Below the pieces are notes generated by a model. It was not told where the DNA came from and did not search any database. It saw nothing but the letters and a program-made list of their open reading frames with translations. Below are positions 50,183 to 63,800 of a stretch of 64,000 nucleotides of DNA, piece by piece. Origin of the DNA: Pristiophorus japonicus (taxonomy: Eukaryota); the NCBI RefSeq assembly GCF_044704955.1, contig NC_091980.1, positions 129,890,001 through 129,954,000 on the forward strand. The letters are read 5' to 3'. Position 1 is the stretch's first letter; every line of letters starts with the position of its first letter. A program made the position numbers and the translations under genes.

Positions 50183-51160
50183 ATTTATTTACAATATACA
50201 TTCATGATTTGGATGAGGGATTTGAGTTTAATATCTAAGTTTGCACATGATGCTAAGCTGGATGGTGGTCTGAGCTGTGAGGAGGTGTTAAGAGGCTGCA
50301 GGCTGATTTGGACAGGTTACATGAGTGGACAAATGCAGGGCAGCTGCAGTATAATGTGGATAAATGTGAGGTTATTCACTTTGGTGGCAAAAACATGAAG
50401 GCAGACTATTATCTGAATGGTGGCAGATTAGGAAAAGGAGAGATGCAATGAGATCTGGGTGACCTGGTACACCAGTCATTGAAAGTTGGCATGCAGGTAC
50501 AGCAGGTGGTGAAGACAAATGGTATGTTTGCCTTCATAGCAAGGGGATTTGAGTATAGGAGCAAGAAGGTTTTACTGCAGTTGTACAGGGCCTTGGTGAG
50601 GCCTCACCTGGAATATTGTGCTCTGTTTTGGTCTTTTAATCTGAGGAAAGATGTTCTTGCTGTTGAGGGAGTGCAACAAAGGTTCACCAGACTGATTCCT
50701 GGGATGGCAGGACTGGCATGAGGAGAGACTGGATCGACTGGGCCTGTATTCACTGGAGTTTAGTAGGATGAGAGGGGATCTCATAGAAACATATAAAATA
50801 TTGATGGGATGGGACAGGTTAGATGCAGGAAGGATGTTCCTGATGTTGGGGAAGTCCAGAACCAGGGAACATAGTCTAAGGCTAAAAGGTAAACCATTTA
50901 GGACTGAGATGAGGAGAAACTTCTTTGCTCAGAGGGTTGTTAACCTGTGGCATTCCCTTCTGCAGAGAGTTGTTGCCAGTTCATTGGATATATTCAAGAG
51001 TGAGTTAGATATAGCCTTTATTGCTAAATGGATCAAGGGTTATGGAGAGCAAGCAGGAAAGGAGTACTGAGGTGAATGATTAGTCATGATCTTATTGAAT
51101 GCTGGTGCAGGCTTGAAGGGCCAAATGGCCTACTCCTGCACCTATTTTCTATGTTTCTAT
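50183..51160 (+). mobile_element. 5'-truncated CR1 in copy 3 intron 1
   Basis: RT C-terminal ORFs 50479-50721 and 50768-51070 plus tail. Absent at the paralogous site in copy 4 (~61245). Confidence 0.9.
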
Positions 51161-51234
51161 TACACTATTGGTGTGTAAACTACTGGAGTGGAGGATTGTT
51201 CTCACTACCTGAATCTTGGAGTAGAATGAAAGAA

Positions 51235-51890
51235 TAATCATTTCTATAGTGCCATTCACTACCTTGGAATGTCCCAAAGTGCATTGTAGCTAATGAAGTA
51301 GTTGATGTGTAGTCACCTGTTATGTGGGAAACGCAGCAGCCAATTAATGCACAGTAAGCTCCCACAAACTGCAATGAGATAATGATCAGATCACCTGTTT
51401 TAGTGATGTTGGTTGAGGGATAAATATTAGCCAGGACACTGCAGAGAGCTCCCTGCAGTGGTATCTCTTTCTTAGGAGTAAGCCATCGGCCCCTCAAGCC
51501 TGTTCTGTCATTCAATAAGATCATTGCTGATCTTGTACCTCAACTGCACCTCCTGCACTGTCCCCATATCCCTTGATTCCCTTGTATCAAAAAAATCTAT
51601 TGCTTTCTGTCTTGAATCTACTCAATGACTGAGCCTCCATAGCTCTTGGGGTAGAGAGTTCCAAAGATTTACCACCCTGAATGAAGAAATTCCTCCTCAT
51701 CTCCATCCTAAATGGCTGACCCCTTATTCTGAGACTGTGACCCCTGGTTCTAGACTCTCTAGCAAGGGGAACCATCCTCCCTGCATCTAATCTTTCAAGC
51801 CCAGTAAGAATTTTGTATGTTTCTAATGCGATCGTCTCTCCTAAACTCGAGGGAATAGAGGCCTAGTCTGCTCAATCTCTCCTCCTTGAT
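51235..51890 (-). mobile_element. Deu-type SINE (51235-51455) and old CR1 3' fragment (51475-51890)
   Basis: The same arrangement occurs in copy 4 intron 1 (61330-61550 and 61575-61950). Confidence 0.72.
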
Positions 51891-52234
51891 TTTTCACATC
51901 CACCTGATGATGGACACAGTCTTGTGTGAATGACCAGAAATTAGAGGAGGTATTGCTTATCCAGGACTAGTACTTGGTTTGACTGGATATGAAATATAAT
52001 CCTGAACTTTAGTTTATAGTTTTTTCTTGCTGGTTGAACATTTCATCCTGTTATAGGGAGGTGAGGCTCCACTCCCATTGATGAATTGAATGACATTTTG
52101 CTAGTTTACAAATGGTATCTATTTTTGAAGGATTAAGAATTCACTAACTCTGGGTGGGGGGGGGGGAAATAACTAACTTTCTTTTGTATATGAATATCGA
52201 GGTCTAAATCGGCTGTTTTAATTTCTCTCTGCAG

Positions 52235-52381
52235 TCCTTCTACTTTGACCGGGATGATGTTGCCCTGCGTCACTTTGCTGAGTTCTTCAAGGAGCAGTCA
52301 CATGAGGAACGTGAGCATGCTGAGAAACTGATGAAATTCCAGAATCGGCGTGGAGGCCGCATCATCTTGTCTGATATCAAG
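52235..52381 (+). CDS. Ferritin copy 3, exon 2
   Basis: ag|[49 protein letters not shown]|gt. Confidence 0.94.
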
Positions 52382-52513
52382 GTTTGGTTCAATAAATGAG
52401 TGGCCTGCTGTCTGGATAGCCTTAGACTGATTGTTTCAAATACCTCCTGAAGCAATTGGTTCCATGGTTGTGGTAGTGGAATGCAGTAATTCTATATTCC
52501 TGTGACACAATGA

Positions 52514-53213
52514 GCCTGAAATTCTGGCTTCCCCGGGCTCGTACGAAGTTTCTACGGACCCGGGACGGCATCGGAAAAGCCGGTTTTCAGCGTGCGTTGC
52601 GCATGAGATGAAAACCAGCTTTTCTGATCTGTCAAGTTTCTGGCTTGCACATATCTGGAGCAAGGACATTTGTACATGCAAATTTTTGATATTTATTTAC
52701 GCATACAAATGTACGCAAAAATCTTGCGCCTGAAAAAGCAGGCGCATAGCCTACTTTAACAGGCGCAAGTTTTTTTTTTTAAACACACAAACCAACATTA
52801 CAAAAAAAGTTATGAAAACCTATTTGATAAAAATCCTCCCCACAACAGTAAGTTTATTTTAAGGCATAATTTTAAAAAGTTGTAGTATTAAAAAAAGATT
52901 CCTTTTTTATTAAGACATTAATAACTTTAATTTAAATGAATCTTATGTAGTGTATATTCTATTATTATTTTTGTTTGGAGTGCTTTTTCATTCATAGTAA
53001 TAGCAGTTTCATATTATTATGAATGAGAATATATTTTCCCTGATTGGCTGCCCAGAGCCATGTGACTCCAGCTCCAGGCCTGCGCACATCCTGATGTGCA
53101 CATGGTACAATGTGCAGCAAGAGGAGGCCTGTGCATGGGAAAGTAGAGTGGGGGCAGCAGCTTCGGGTCGGTGTGTGTTTTTTCTCTTTAAAGGAGCAAG
53201 TACAATTTCTGGG
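52514..53213. mobile_element. Harbinger-type MITE in copy 3 intron 2
   Basis: Imperfect TIRs GCCTGAAATT / AATTTCTGGG with TGA on both sides (52511-52513, 53214-53216). Absent from intron 2 of the other copies. Confidence 0.6.
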
Positions 53214-53330
53214 TGATTGTTTATGTTAACATTGACGTCTGATTGCTTTTTCACCCCTATTTTCCTTGTACTGTCTTGCACAATGGAACAAACAAAATAC
53301 ACGTGAACTGCCTATGACTTTCCTCTTCAG

Positions 53331-53456
53331 AAACCAGAGCAGGATGAGTGGAGCAATGGTCTGGAGGCTATGCTGAGAGCTCTGCAGATGGAGAAGAATG
53401 TCAACCAGAGTCTGCTGGATCTGCATCAACTCTCCACTGGGAGCACTGACCCTCAT
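53331..53456 (+). CDS. Ferritin copy 3, exon 3
   Basis: ag|[42 protein letters not shown]|gtaag. Confidence 0.94.
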
Positions 53457-53777
53457 GTAAGTTCCTCATGTGGGTTTTTGGGTAAGTTGGAGGTGGTGCA
53501 ACATTGCTGTCCTTGAGCTGTTTCAAAATAGCTCCATGCCCAGTAGCTCTATTTTTGGGGGTCTCTTTGGGTTCTTCAGGGGGTGGGGGAGAGGACTGGT
53601 AAGTTGGCCGACTGGACGTTTAATTCTCAATGTGTCCCAGTGTCTCCAGGATCGAAGCTCACATTGTACATGAGTTACTAGATCATTAGAGCAAATTTGC
53701 ATCAATCTCAATTGTCCTACTTGACTATCTTCCAGTCCAAGAGGATTAAAATCCCAACTCGAGGGAATGTTCCTTGA

Positions 53778-53969
<192 letters not shown>

Positions 53970-55350
53970 AGTTTGTGTTCATATAATTGTGTGTGAAACT
54001 CTGTCCTATAGAGAATATCGGCTGGTGTCTTTGTGCAGCCTGAGACCTGGGCTCTTGATGTGAAATGTAATTAACTGTAAATAAACTGTCCAATATTGGA
54101 CTGGGGTTTGTCTCCTTGCTTGTCTTCAGATTGACATCATTTGGTTTCCATCAGACAAGAATTACATTGGGCTGTGTAACATTTTCCTATATTAAGACAT
54201 TTTTGCAGGCGTGTCACTAAACAAAATTTGAGCGTGTCAGATGAGACCGGAAAGTTTTAAAGAGTGTCTTAGAGAAGGGGGTGGGAAGAGAATTTTCAGG
54301 GTGTGAATTCCCCAGAGCTTGTGCCAAAGTAACTGCTTTCATTGGTGATGATAAATATTCTTTCTGCTCTTTGCATCAATGGCAACTCTCTTTAATCCCT
54401 CAATACAACAAACTCTCAGCTGCTCTAACTTTGTTAAAATGCAAACAGAGTTTGCCAATGAATTGAGTGACACCATTTCATTCCCAAGAACAATCCAATT
54501 TCAAGAATGGTATCTGCCCTGGGGAGAAGAGTTTAGGTATTTAAAGTAAGCTTCTACCAATCCCACTGAGTAGTTCCTGTGGGATACACTGCAGGTCGCT
54601 CACGGAACCAAGCTCCATGTTGCTGCTGTCGACCTTTCTGGTCAGTTTTGTGGGTAAAGTAGCACAGAATGACTAATTATCACCAGTGGAAGCAGTTACT
54701 TTTGGCCCAAGCTCTGGTGAGTTCACACTGCTAAAATTCTCTTCCTGCCCCTTCTCGAAGACATTCCTTAAAACTTTCCTGTCTCATCTGACACACACAC
54801 ATTTTGTTTAGTGACACTCCTTTAAAATGTCTTAACATTTTACTCTGTAAATGCAGCTATCTAAATTCTCTTCATCTCTAGTTACAACACAATGTCTGAG
54901 TGCAGTGGGGGAGCTCCCTGAACCCATGGTATTAATGGTGATTGGGAAATACACCTGAAATGCCATAATTACTTACTGGCCCTTAGCCTCTGTGGGCAGA
55001 AAGTGTGGATTCCTTTTGGGCAGAGGATTGGACATGGTTCTTAAAATTTTCTCTGTTTTGTCTCTCTCTGGATAGAATAACTTGTCTACCTCAGCTGCCA
55101 CATGAATAAGAACTTGTGCAAGGCATTAAAGGGTGAGGTAACTATGTGGAACTGTACACAAATAAAATATAAACCTTCCAGAAGGATTAAATGCATAACG
55201 CAGTTAACTGAAAACACCAAGCAAGAACAATAGATATTTCTCCTGCCCCCATACCCTTCAACATTCTCGGTTTTATAAATTAATAAATCCAATACAGCTC
55301 CTTCATAAACTTATCGATTTGTGCATTTTATACCAAGTAGCAATCAGCTA

Positions 55351-56285
55351 TTTGCCTTTCATTTTGGTGTTTCTGAGATCCAAAGCTGTGACGTCTGGTT
55401 TCAGTGCAGAAGTGGCTCACATGAGAGGTGTTCCCTTGGATTAAAACTCTGCTTTAGATGTGTCAGAGAGGGTGGCAGTGATTCAGATCCAGAGCCACCA
55501 ATCACACCACAGGTCCTTATAATTATGAAAGGTTTGATAGAGTGGATACGGAAAGAATTTTGAACCACCTGAACCGAAAATCTCCATGTGTCTCTTTCCC
55601 TGCAGGAATGGATGCAAATGTTAACTCTGTTACTGTGTTTATCCCATGCTTATAAATTAATTAGTTGAGAACTGCAATGAGTGAAATGAAATTGCGTCTT
55701 CACTCATTCCTCATTAATGTCTTTGCATCTCTCAATGTTTCCTGTCACATTAGTCGATCTTTGCTATTGTATGAAAATTCATCAATGACAAAGGAAGCTT
55801 CTCACAACCTTAGGCTTTCTGTGCCTATCGCCATCCCGATTCCCCACAGGGAGTGACACTGAATTCAAAGAGATCCTGTGGAAAGAATCAAAGGTTCCCT
55901 CAGACCCAGTAACCACAGGCCTGAATTGAATCTCTGGTCCCCACCGGGGTGGCCACGTGATGTCCATCAGTTTGCTCAAAACCCTTTGTGACTGCATCTT
56001 GGATCCTTCGACCAATACAGCTGTAAATACCCAGATACATTTTCAGTTCAGGTGGTTCAAAATTCTTTCAGTATCCACTCTATCAAATCTTTTATAATTA
56101 TAAGGACCTGTGATATGATTGGTGACTCTGAATCTGAATCACTGCAACCTCCTCTGACCCATCGAAAGCAGAGTTTTAATCCAAGCGAACGTGTCTCATC
56201 AGCTAATCCAGGACTGAACCACCTCTGCACTGAAACCAGATGTCACAGCTTCGGACCTCAGAGAAACACCAACATGAAAGGCAAA
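55351..56285. repeat. Local inverted duplication, arms 55351-55581 and 56039-56285
   Basis: The arms are reverse complements, e.g. ttggattaaaactctgcttt vs aaagcagagttttaatccaa, and tgaaccacctgaac vs gttcaggtggttca. Confidence 0.88.
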
Positions 56286-56289
56286 GGGC

Positions 56290-57185
56290 CAGAGAGGAGA
56301 GATGAGAATTTTTTTTACGCAGCGAGTTGTTGTGATCTGGAACACACTGCCTGAAAGGGCGGTGGAAGCAGATTCAACATTAACTTTTAAAAGGGAATTG
56401 GATATATAGGAGGAAAGAAAAACATTGCAGGGCTATGGAGAAGGAGCTGAGGAGCAGGACTAATTAGATCCCTCTTTCAAAGACCCTGCACAGGCACGTT
56501 GGGCTGAATCGCCTCCTTCTGTGCTGTATAAATCTATGATGAGGCACAGTTACAGAACAACTGAAGAGGGTGTAAAAAAGATTTACAAGGATGATACCAG
56601 AAATGTGAGGGTATACCTATCAGGAAAGGATGAACAGGCTGGGTCTCTTTACTCTTGAAAAGAGAAGGCTGGGGGGTGACCTAATAGAAGTCCTTATAAT
56701 TATGAAAGTTTTGATAGAGTGGATACAGAGAGAATGTTTCCACTTATGGGGAAGAGCAAAGCTAAAGGCCATCAATATAAGATAGACATCAAGAAATCCA
56801 ATAGGGAATTCAGGAGAAACGTCTGTATGCAGAGAGTGGTGAGAATATTGAACTCGCTACCACAGGGCGTGGTTTAAGTGAATAGTATGGAAGCATTTAA
56901 TGGGAGGATAGACAAGCATATGAGGGAGAAGGAAATAGAGGGTTATGCTGATAGATTTAGAGGAGGAAAGACTGGAGGCTCGAGTGGAACATAAACGGCG
57001 GCATGCACTGATTGGGCCGAATGGCACATTTTCCAAAGCTGTGATTGGCTCTGGGCCTCAGCCCCCTTCCCAAAAAAGTGAGAATATGGTGTTGAGATAG
57101 AGGGTTAGCCATGATCATAATGAATGGTGGTGCAGACTTGAAGGGCCGAATGGCCTAATACTGCTCCTATTTTTCTATGTTTCCT
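56290..57185 (+). mobile_element. Run of old CR1 3' fragments
   Basis: Three successive CR1 C-terminal/3'UTR pieces ending near 56540, 57030 and 57185. Confidence 0.72.
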
Positions 57186-57187
57186 TT

Positions 57188-57300
57188 GTTAATTGGTGCC
57201 TGGATTCGAGGAAGATTCCTGATTGACAATCCCTGAGAGCCAATCATCATTGGTGATGTAATTCCTTCTTTGAATGCCGGCTGTCCCAGTAGTATAAATC
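57188..57300 (+). promoter_or_regulatory. Ferritin copy 4 proximal promoter (type B)
   Basis: CCAAT boxes as in copy 3. TATAAA at 57293-57298. Confidence 0.62.
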
Positions 57301-58789
57301 CAGAAGCTTGTGTGAGAAAGGGTCAATACTAGAACTGTGCAGCTGATAGTGAGCAGTAATAGTGTAATATACATGACGAAGATGGCTTCCCAAGTGTGTC
57401 AGAACTACCAGAAGGACTGTGAGGCTGTTGTCAACAAGCAGATCAATGGCCACTGCACTGCCAGGGCAGAGAGAGAGCAGACAAGGTGGGCCGACAGAAA
57501 AAGCTGTCAGGGACACCGTTCAAAGGCTCATGGAAATTTTTTTGCAAATTTGGGACGGATTGAAATGGGGCGGAATAGCGGCAGTGCGCGCTTTGCTGGC
57601 GTGCTTGCAGCAGTCAGCAACAGCGGGGCGGAAGTGGGGACAGGCAGAAAAAACCCGAGCTGAATTTGGGTTGGGGTGGCCAATGGAGTGGAACGCAGCG
57701 GCCATTCGTTAAATAGACCACATGACATTTATTTGCAATGTGCGATAGAATTAGATCATGAGGCACCCTGTGAAGGGCTGTGCATTTATATTTTATTCAC
57801 ATTGGTAGCCCTTTTAAAGCAGTGCTGTCACCATGAAGAAAGTGTTTAGTAATCCTTGGTTCTTGTTCATTTTTGAACAAGATGCAATGATGCAAGTTGC
57901 CTGAAAATGCATCACTGTTCTGTTTGCACGTGATGCCATTGTGTAAAAAAAAGTCTGTGGCTCTTTGGCTGGTCTCCCTCCAAAATAAAGCAAGGGTTTG
58001 CCCAAACATCTTCTTCCAGTAGATTTTTCAATATGCATTGGTTTATTCCAGAAGGAAAATATCCATCTTAGCAACTCTCACCTAACCTGTTTCTAACACT
58101 GAAAGGATAAGCTAGTCAGGAAACTCCTATTTCATATTGTCTTTCCTTCAAAAAGAAAATTCTAGAACACAAGCATTCTGCAGCATAAATACAATCATTT
58201 TATACAATATAATGCCAATTCTGGATGCATCATATTTTCTGCTATTATTAGGGACTACATCACAATATGATCTTCCACTACTCTTAACTCTATTTTATTT
58301 CATTCCTGAAATGGAGCCAGCTGTTACATAAGATGCTAGGTATCTAGATCCTAGAAACGGCTCCACCTGCCGTAATGGTCCATAAAGGTGTCACGTGCAA
58401 CCTCACCTCCTCAGTGTAAGAGCTTCCATTATATTTACTGTCACATCACACATCAGTGTAGGTAATGAAACTTATAGTTTGGTTTCCCTTACATTGAGCA
58501 ACATGAAGAATCTCCACCATCTTGACATGCTTAAAAGCAAATTCAGTGGAGCATTGAGGAATTCTTGTTCTCCCTTCTCTCCTGAAGGTGCTGACTCTTA
58601 ATGGTACTGGCAGCCCTCTGATTACCTCACTCCAATGGCCATAGTTGATGTGAATCTAGACAGCGAGTGTTCCCAGACTCTTCGTTTGTTGATGGTATTC
58701 CAGCCAAGCCTAGTTCTGTTCTTGCCTGTGATCCACAAACCTTTCAGCTCACATTACTATACTGAACAGGAATTGGAAACTCAGCTGCC

Positions 58790-59460
58790 TTGGCTCAGTG
58801 ATAACATTCTCGTTTCAGAGTCAGAAGGTTGTGGGTTCAGGCCCTACTCCAGAGACTTGAGCACAAAATCCAAGCTGACACTCCAGTGCAGTACTGAAAG
58901 AATGCTGCACTGTCAGAGGTGCCATCTTTTGGATGAGACATTAAATGGGGCTTAGGTGGATTTGGAAGATCCCATGTTATTATTCAAAGAAGAGCAGGGA
59001 GTTCTCCCAGGTGTTCTGGCCAATAACTATCCCTCAACCAACATCACTAAAACATTATCTGCCCATTATCACATTGCTGTTTGGGATCCTGCTATGCACA
59101 TTTTGGCTGCTGCATTTCCTACATCATCATCATCGGCAGTCCCTCGGAATTGAGGAAGACTTGCTTCCACTCTTAACATGAGTTCTTAGGTGACTGTACA
59201 GTCCAATACGAGAACCATAGTCTCTGTCACAGTTGGGACAGATAGTCATTGAGGGAAAGGGTGGGTGGGACAGGTTTGCCGCCCGCTCCTTCCGCTGCCT
59301 GCGCTTGATTTCTGTATACTCTCGGTGACGAGGCATTTCCTACATTACAGCAGTGACTACACTTCAAAATAAACATACTGTAAATTGGCTATAAAGCACT
59401 TTGGGATGTCCTGATTTTGTGAAAGGCGCTATAGAAATGCAAGTTCATTCTTTCTTCCTG
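58790..59460 (+). mobile_element. Deu-domain tRNA-headed SINE interrupted by an RTE fragment
   Basis: A/B-box-like head (TGGCTCAGTGG...GGTTCAGGCCC), Deu core and 3' tail. Confidence 0.75.
59125..59332 (-). mobile_element. RTE LINE 3' fragment with 13-bp TSD
   Basis: GCATTTCCTACAT at 59112-59124 and 59333-59345. (CAT)n tail. Confidence 0.9.
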
Positions 59461-59638
59461 ATTTTTCACCAGGCCCGCTGTATCACGTCTAGCAACAGAT
59501 CAGTTAACTCTGCACAGGCTGGCGATCAAATTGGGGCCTTAGTCTGTGTAGTTAAGTTACAAGCTGCTTTTAGCAATGAGCCATCAGGGTAACAAGCTGG
59601 TCATCACCCTAGCCAGAATGTGAGGGGTTGTCCACATA

Positions 59639-60806
59639 TTTGACAAGGTCTCACACAAGAGATTGGTGTGCAAAATTAAAGCACATGATACTGACGTGGA
59701 TAGAGAACTGGTTGGCAGACAGGAAGCAGAGAGTCGGAATAAATGGGTCCTTTTCAGAATGGCAGGCAGTGACTAGTGGGGCGCCGCAGGGCTCAGTGCT
59801 GGGACCCCAGCTATTTACAATATACATCAATGATTTAGATGAAGGAATTGAGTGTAATATCTCCAAGTTTGCAGATGACACTAAGCTGGGGGGGGGGCGG
59901 TGTGAGCTGTGAGGAGGACGCTAAAAGGCTGCAGGGTGATTTGGACAGGTTAGGTGAGTGGGCAACGAATGGCAGATGCAGTATAATGTGGATAAATGTG
60001 AGGTTATCCATTTTGGTGGCAAAAACACGAGGGCAGAATATTATCTGAATAGCGGCAGATTAGGAAAAGGGGAGGTGCAACGAGACCTAGGTATCATGGT
60101 TCATCAGTTATTGAAAGTTGGCATGCAGGTACAGCAGGCGGTGAAGAAGGCAAATGGTATGTTGGCCTTCATAGCTGGGGGATTTGAGTATCGGAGCAGG
60201 GAGGTCTTACAGCAGTTGTACAGGACCTTAGTGAGGCCTCACCTGGAATATTGTGTTCAGCTTTGGTCTCCTAATCTGAGGAAGGACGTTCTTGCTATTG
60301 AGGGAGTGCAGCAAAGGTTCACCAGACTGATTCCCGGGATGGCAGGACTGAGATATGAGGAGAGACTGGATCGACTGGGCCTGTATTCACTGGAGTTTAG
60401 AAGGATAAGAGGGGATCTCATAGAAACATATAAAATTCTGACGGGACTGGACAGGTTAGATGCAGGAAGAATGTTCCCGATGTTGGTGAAGTCCAGAACC
60501 AGGGTACATAGTCTAAGGATAAGGGTAAGCCATTTATGACTGCGATGAGGAGAAACTTCTTCACTCAGAGAGTTGTTAACCTGTGGAATTCCCTACCGCA
60601 GAGAGTTGTTGAGGCCAGTTCATTGGATATATTCAAGAGGGAGTTAGATATGGCCCTTGCAGCTAAAGGGATCAAGGGGTATGGAGAGAAAGCAGGAAAG
60701 GGGTACTGAGGTGAATGATCAGCCATGATCTTATTGCATGGTGGTGCAGGCGCGAAGGGTTGAATAACCTACTCCTGCTCCTATTTTCTATGTTTCCAAG
60801 TTTCTA
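59639..60806 (+). mobile_element. 5'-truncated CR1 at the 3' end of the insertion in copy 4 exon 1
   Basis: RT ORFs 59628-59912 and 59958-60539. The tail tttctatgtt merges into ferritin TGTTCCTCC. Confidence 0.92.
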
Positions 60807-63800
60807 TGTTCCTCCTATGTTTACCTCTCCATGATGAGCCTTGTATTCCTTGTTGCTGCATTCTGAAAAGTTGGAAATTCTCCAGTTCGATGTACTGGCT
60901 TTAAGCTGTATTTCTCTGGAATTCCTTGCCTGGGGGAGAAGAGTCTTTGAGCAGTGAGGGCTTCAGGTGTGTAATACAGGGGGATCTTGTTGAGTTAATG
61001 GACTGCTCCCTGTAGCAAATGCCCTCTATTGAGGTTTATATCTGTAACCAGCTCAGCTGCTGCCTGAGTTTCTGACAGAAGAGCACAAACCTGGTCAGGG
61101 GCCTGTTGACTTGAGACAGCGTTCAGTTTCAGTGGGGGGACTGTAGTGAGTGAAATGTGGGCAGGTCCTCACTAGTGTTCTCATTAATTGGAGGTGAAGT
61201 ACTGAGAATCCTGGTGTTGGAGCCCTGCTCACTGCTGAGATCACAATTACACTATTGCTGTGTGAACGACTGGAGTGGAGGATTTTTCGCACTCCATGCC
61301 CAAACTTGGATTAGAATGGAAGAATAATCTTTTCTATCATGCCTTTCACTACCTTGGAATGTCCCAATGTGCTATGCAGTCAATGAAGTAGTTAAGTGTA
61401 GTTACCTGTTATATAGGAAACACAGCACCCAATTAGAGCACAGTAAGCTCCCACAAACAGCAATTAAATAATGTTCGGATCATCTGTTTTAATGGTGTTG
61501 GTTGAGTGATAAATATTAGCCAGGACACTGCAGCGTTCTCCTCTGCTCTCTGAAGTATTACCTAGAGCAAAGGATTAGGCCATTGGCCCCTCGAGCCTGC
61601 TCCATCATTCAATAAGATCACTGCTTATCTTCTACCTCATCTCCACCTCGTGCACTGTCTCCATATCCCTTTGTTCCCTTAATATCGAATAATCTATTGA
61701 TCTGTCTTGAATATACTCTTCTGGGATAATAAATTCCAAAGATTCACCACCATCTGAGGGAAGAAATTTCTCCTCCCCTCAGTCCTGAATGGCCGACTCC
61801 TTAAATTGAGATTGTGACCCCTGGTTCTTGACTCCCCAGCCAGGGGAAACATCCTCCCTGCATCTACCCTGTCCAGCACTGTAAGAATTTTGTAGTTTGT
61901 TTCAATGAGATCACCTCTGATTTTTCGAAATTCTAGAGAATGTAGGCCGAGTGTAAATCTCGCTTCCTTGAGATCTTTCACATCCACCGGAGGACAGACA
62001 GGGCCTCTGTTTAATGTCTTCTGTGCATGACAGGAACTATTACTTGTCCAGGAGTAGAATTGAATTTTACTGGACATCCCTAATCCTGTAACAGGAAGGA
62101 GTGGCTATCCAACTCCGATTAGTGAAGTGAATTGCACTTTAGCTAGTTAACAAATGGTAATTATTTTTGAAAGATTCACAATTAGCTAACTAAGTGGAAA
62201 AATAATCTTGCATTGTATATGAAGATCAATGTCTGAAGAAGCTGTTTAAAATTCTCTTTGCAGACCTTCTACTTTGACCGGGATGATGTTGCCCTGCGTC
62301 ACTTTGCTGAGTTCTTCAAGAAGCAGTCACATGAGGAACGTGAGCACGCTGAGAAACTGATGGAATTCCAGAATCAGCATGGAGGACGGATCATCATGTC
62401 TGACATCAAGGTTTGATTCAATAAACGATTTGCCTTCTTTCAGGACCCCCATGGACCAATTGTTTTAAATACTTTCTGAAGCAATTGGTTCCAATTTTAT
62501 TCCATGGTTCTGGTGGTGGAATGCAGTAATTCTATATTCTGGGTGTCTCGTTGCTTTTTCACCTGTTTTCCTTCTACTTTCTCATATTTTGATTAATTGA
62601 TTGTAAGTAAACTGCCTCTTCAGAAACCAGAGCAGGATGAGTGGAGCAATGGTCTGGAGGTGATGCAGAGAGCTCTGCAGATGGAGAAGAATGTGAACCA
62701 GAGTCTGTTGGATCTGCACAAACTCTCCACTGGGAGCACTGACCCTCATGTAAGTTCCTCATGTGGGTTTTTGGGTAAGTTGGAACATTGCTGTCCTCGA
62801 GCCTATTCCAAAGATCTCTGCCCAATAGCGTTGTGTTGGGGTATCTCTCCTGGGTTCTTCAGTTATTTGGGGAGAGGACCGGGAGGTTGGCCTACTGTGG
62901 ACATAAATGAGTTTCCAGGATCTAAGCACCCATTGCACAGGAGTTGGAGCATCATTGGAGCAAATTTACATCAATCTTAATTACCCCACTTGACTATGCT
63001 CCAGTCCAAGAGGATTAAAATCACAACTTTTGAGGGATAAGTTCGGATGTTGTTTGATATCTGGCACTGGCCATAAGTCGTTTCCCTCTTTCAGTTTTGT
63101 GACTTCCTGGAGACCCACTGCTTGGATGAACAAGTGAAGATGATCAAGAAGCTTGGAGATCACATCACCAACCTGAAGAGACTGGGAGCCTCGAAGAATG
63201 GCATGGGAGAGTAGCTGTTTGACAAACACACCATGGGGGAGAGTTACTAAACTGACTGATGGGATCAAGCTTATTGTGTTTCGTACTTGTATTTATATAA
63301 TCAGACCCCTGTCTTGTAGGGAATGATGGCTTGTGATTTTGTACAAAGAGCTGAGGCCCGTCACTCTAAATAAACTGTTCAACATTGGACTGGGTTTTGT
63401 CACCTTGTAATTTTGAGTGGTTGCTTATTTTTCATTTAACATAACTTGGTTTACATCAATCAAGAATTACACTGAGCTGTGCAACATTTATATGGGATTC
63501 AGTCCTATGAAATGTGTTTTCCTCTCGTGTAATGTTGATGTATTGACTAGGATATTCTGGCACCTGTTACAAGATCTAAAATGTTCAAGGGTGTGTTCGG
63601 ACAACTGACAGCCCCATGGGATATTGGCCCAGTGACCAAAAGCCTGGTCAGAGTTATGTATTAAGGAGGTACAGTGATGTTTAGGGAGGGATCTCCAGAG
63701 CTTGGGACTTAGAAGCTGTATAAAATTAACTGTTCCAACTATCTGCCCTTGCATAAATGACAATTCAATCCAACAAGATGTGACATTTGTTAAACATAGA

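Larger units (their letters stand above)
57382..63250 (+). pseudogene. Ferritin copy 4, disrupted
   Basis: Exon 1 is split into 57382-57446 and 60807-60833, and the donor is mutated to ATGAG. Exons 62264-62410, 62624-62749 and 63095-63250. Premature TAG at 63212-63214. AATAAA at 63369. Confidence 0.93.

Noticed and set aside
57250-57262. TGATGTAAT as an ATF4/C-EBP element in the copy 4 promoter
   Set aside because: A short motif that differs in the intact copy 3 (TGATGTCAT). There is not enough support from sequence alone.
58790-58860. tRNA gene
   Set aside because: A degenerate tRNA-like head contiguous with a SINE body, with no complete cloverleaf.
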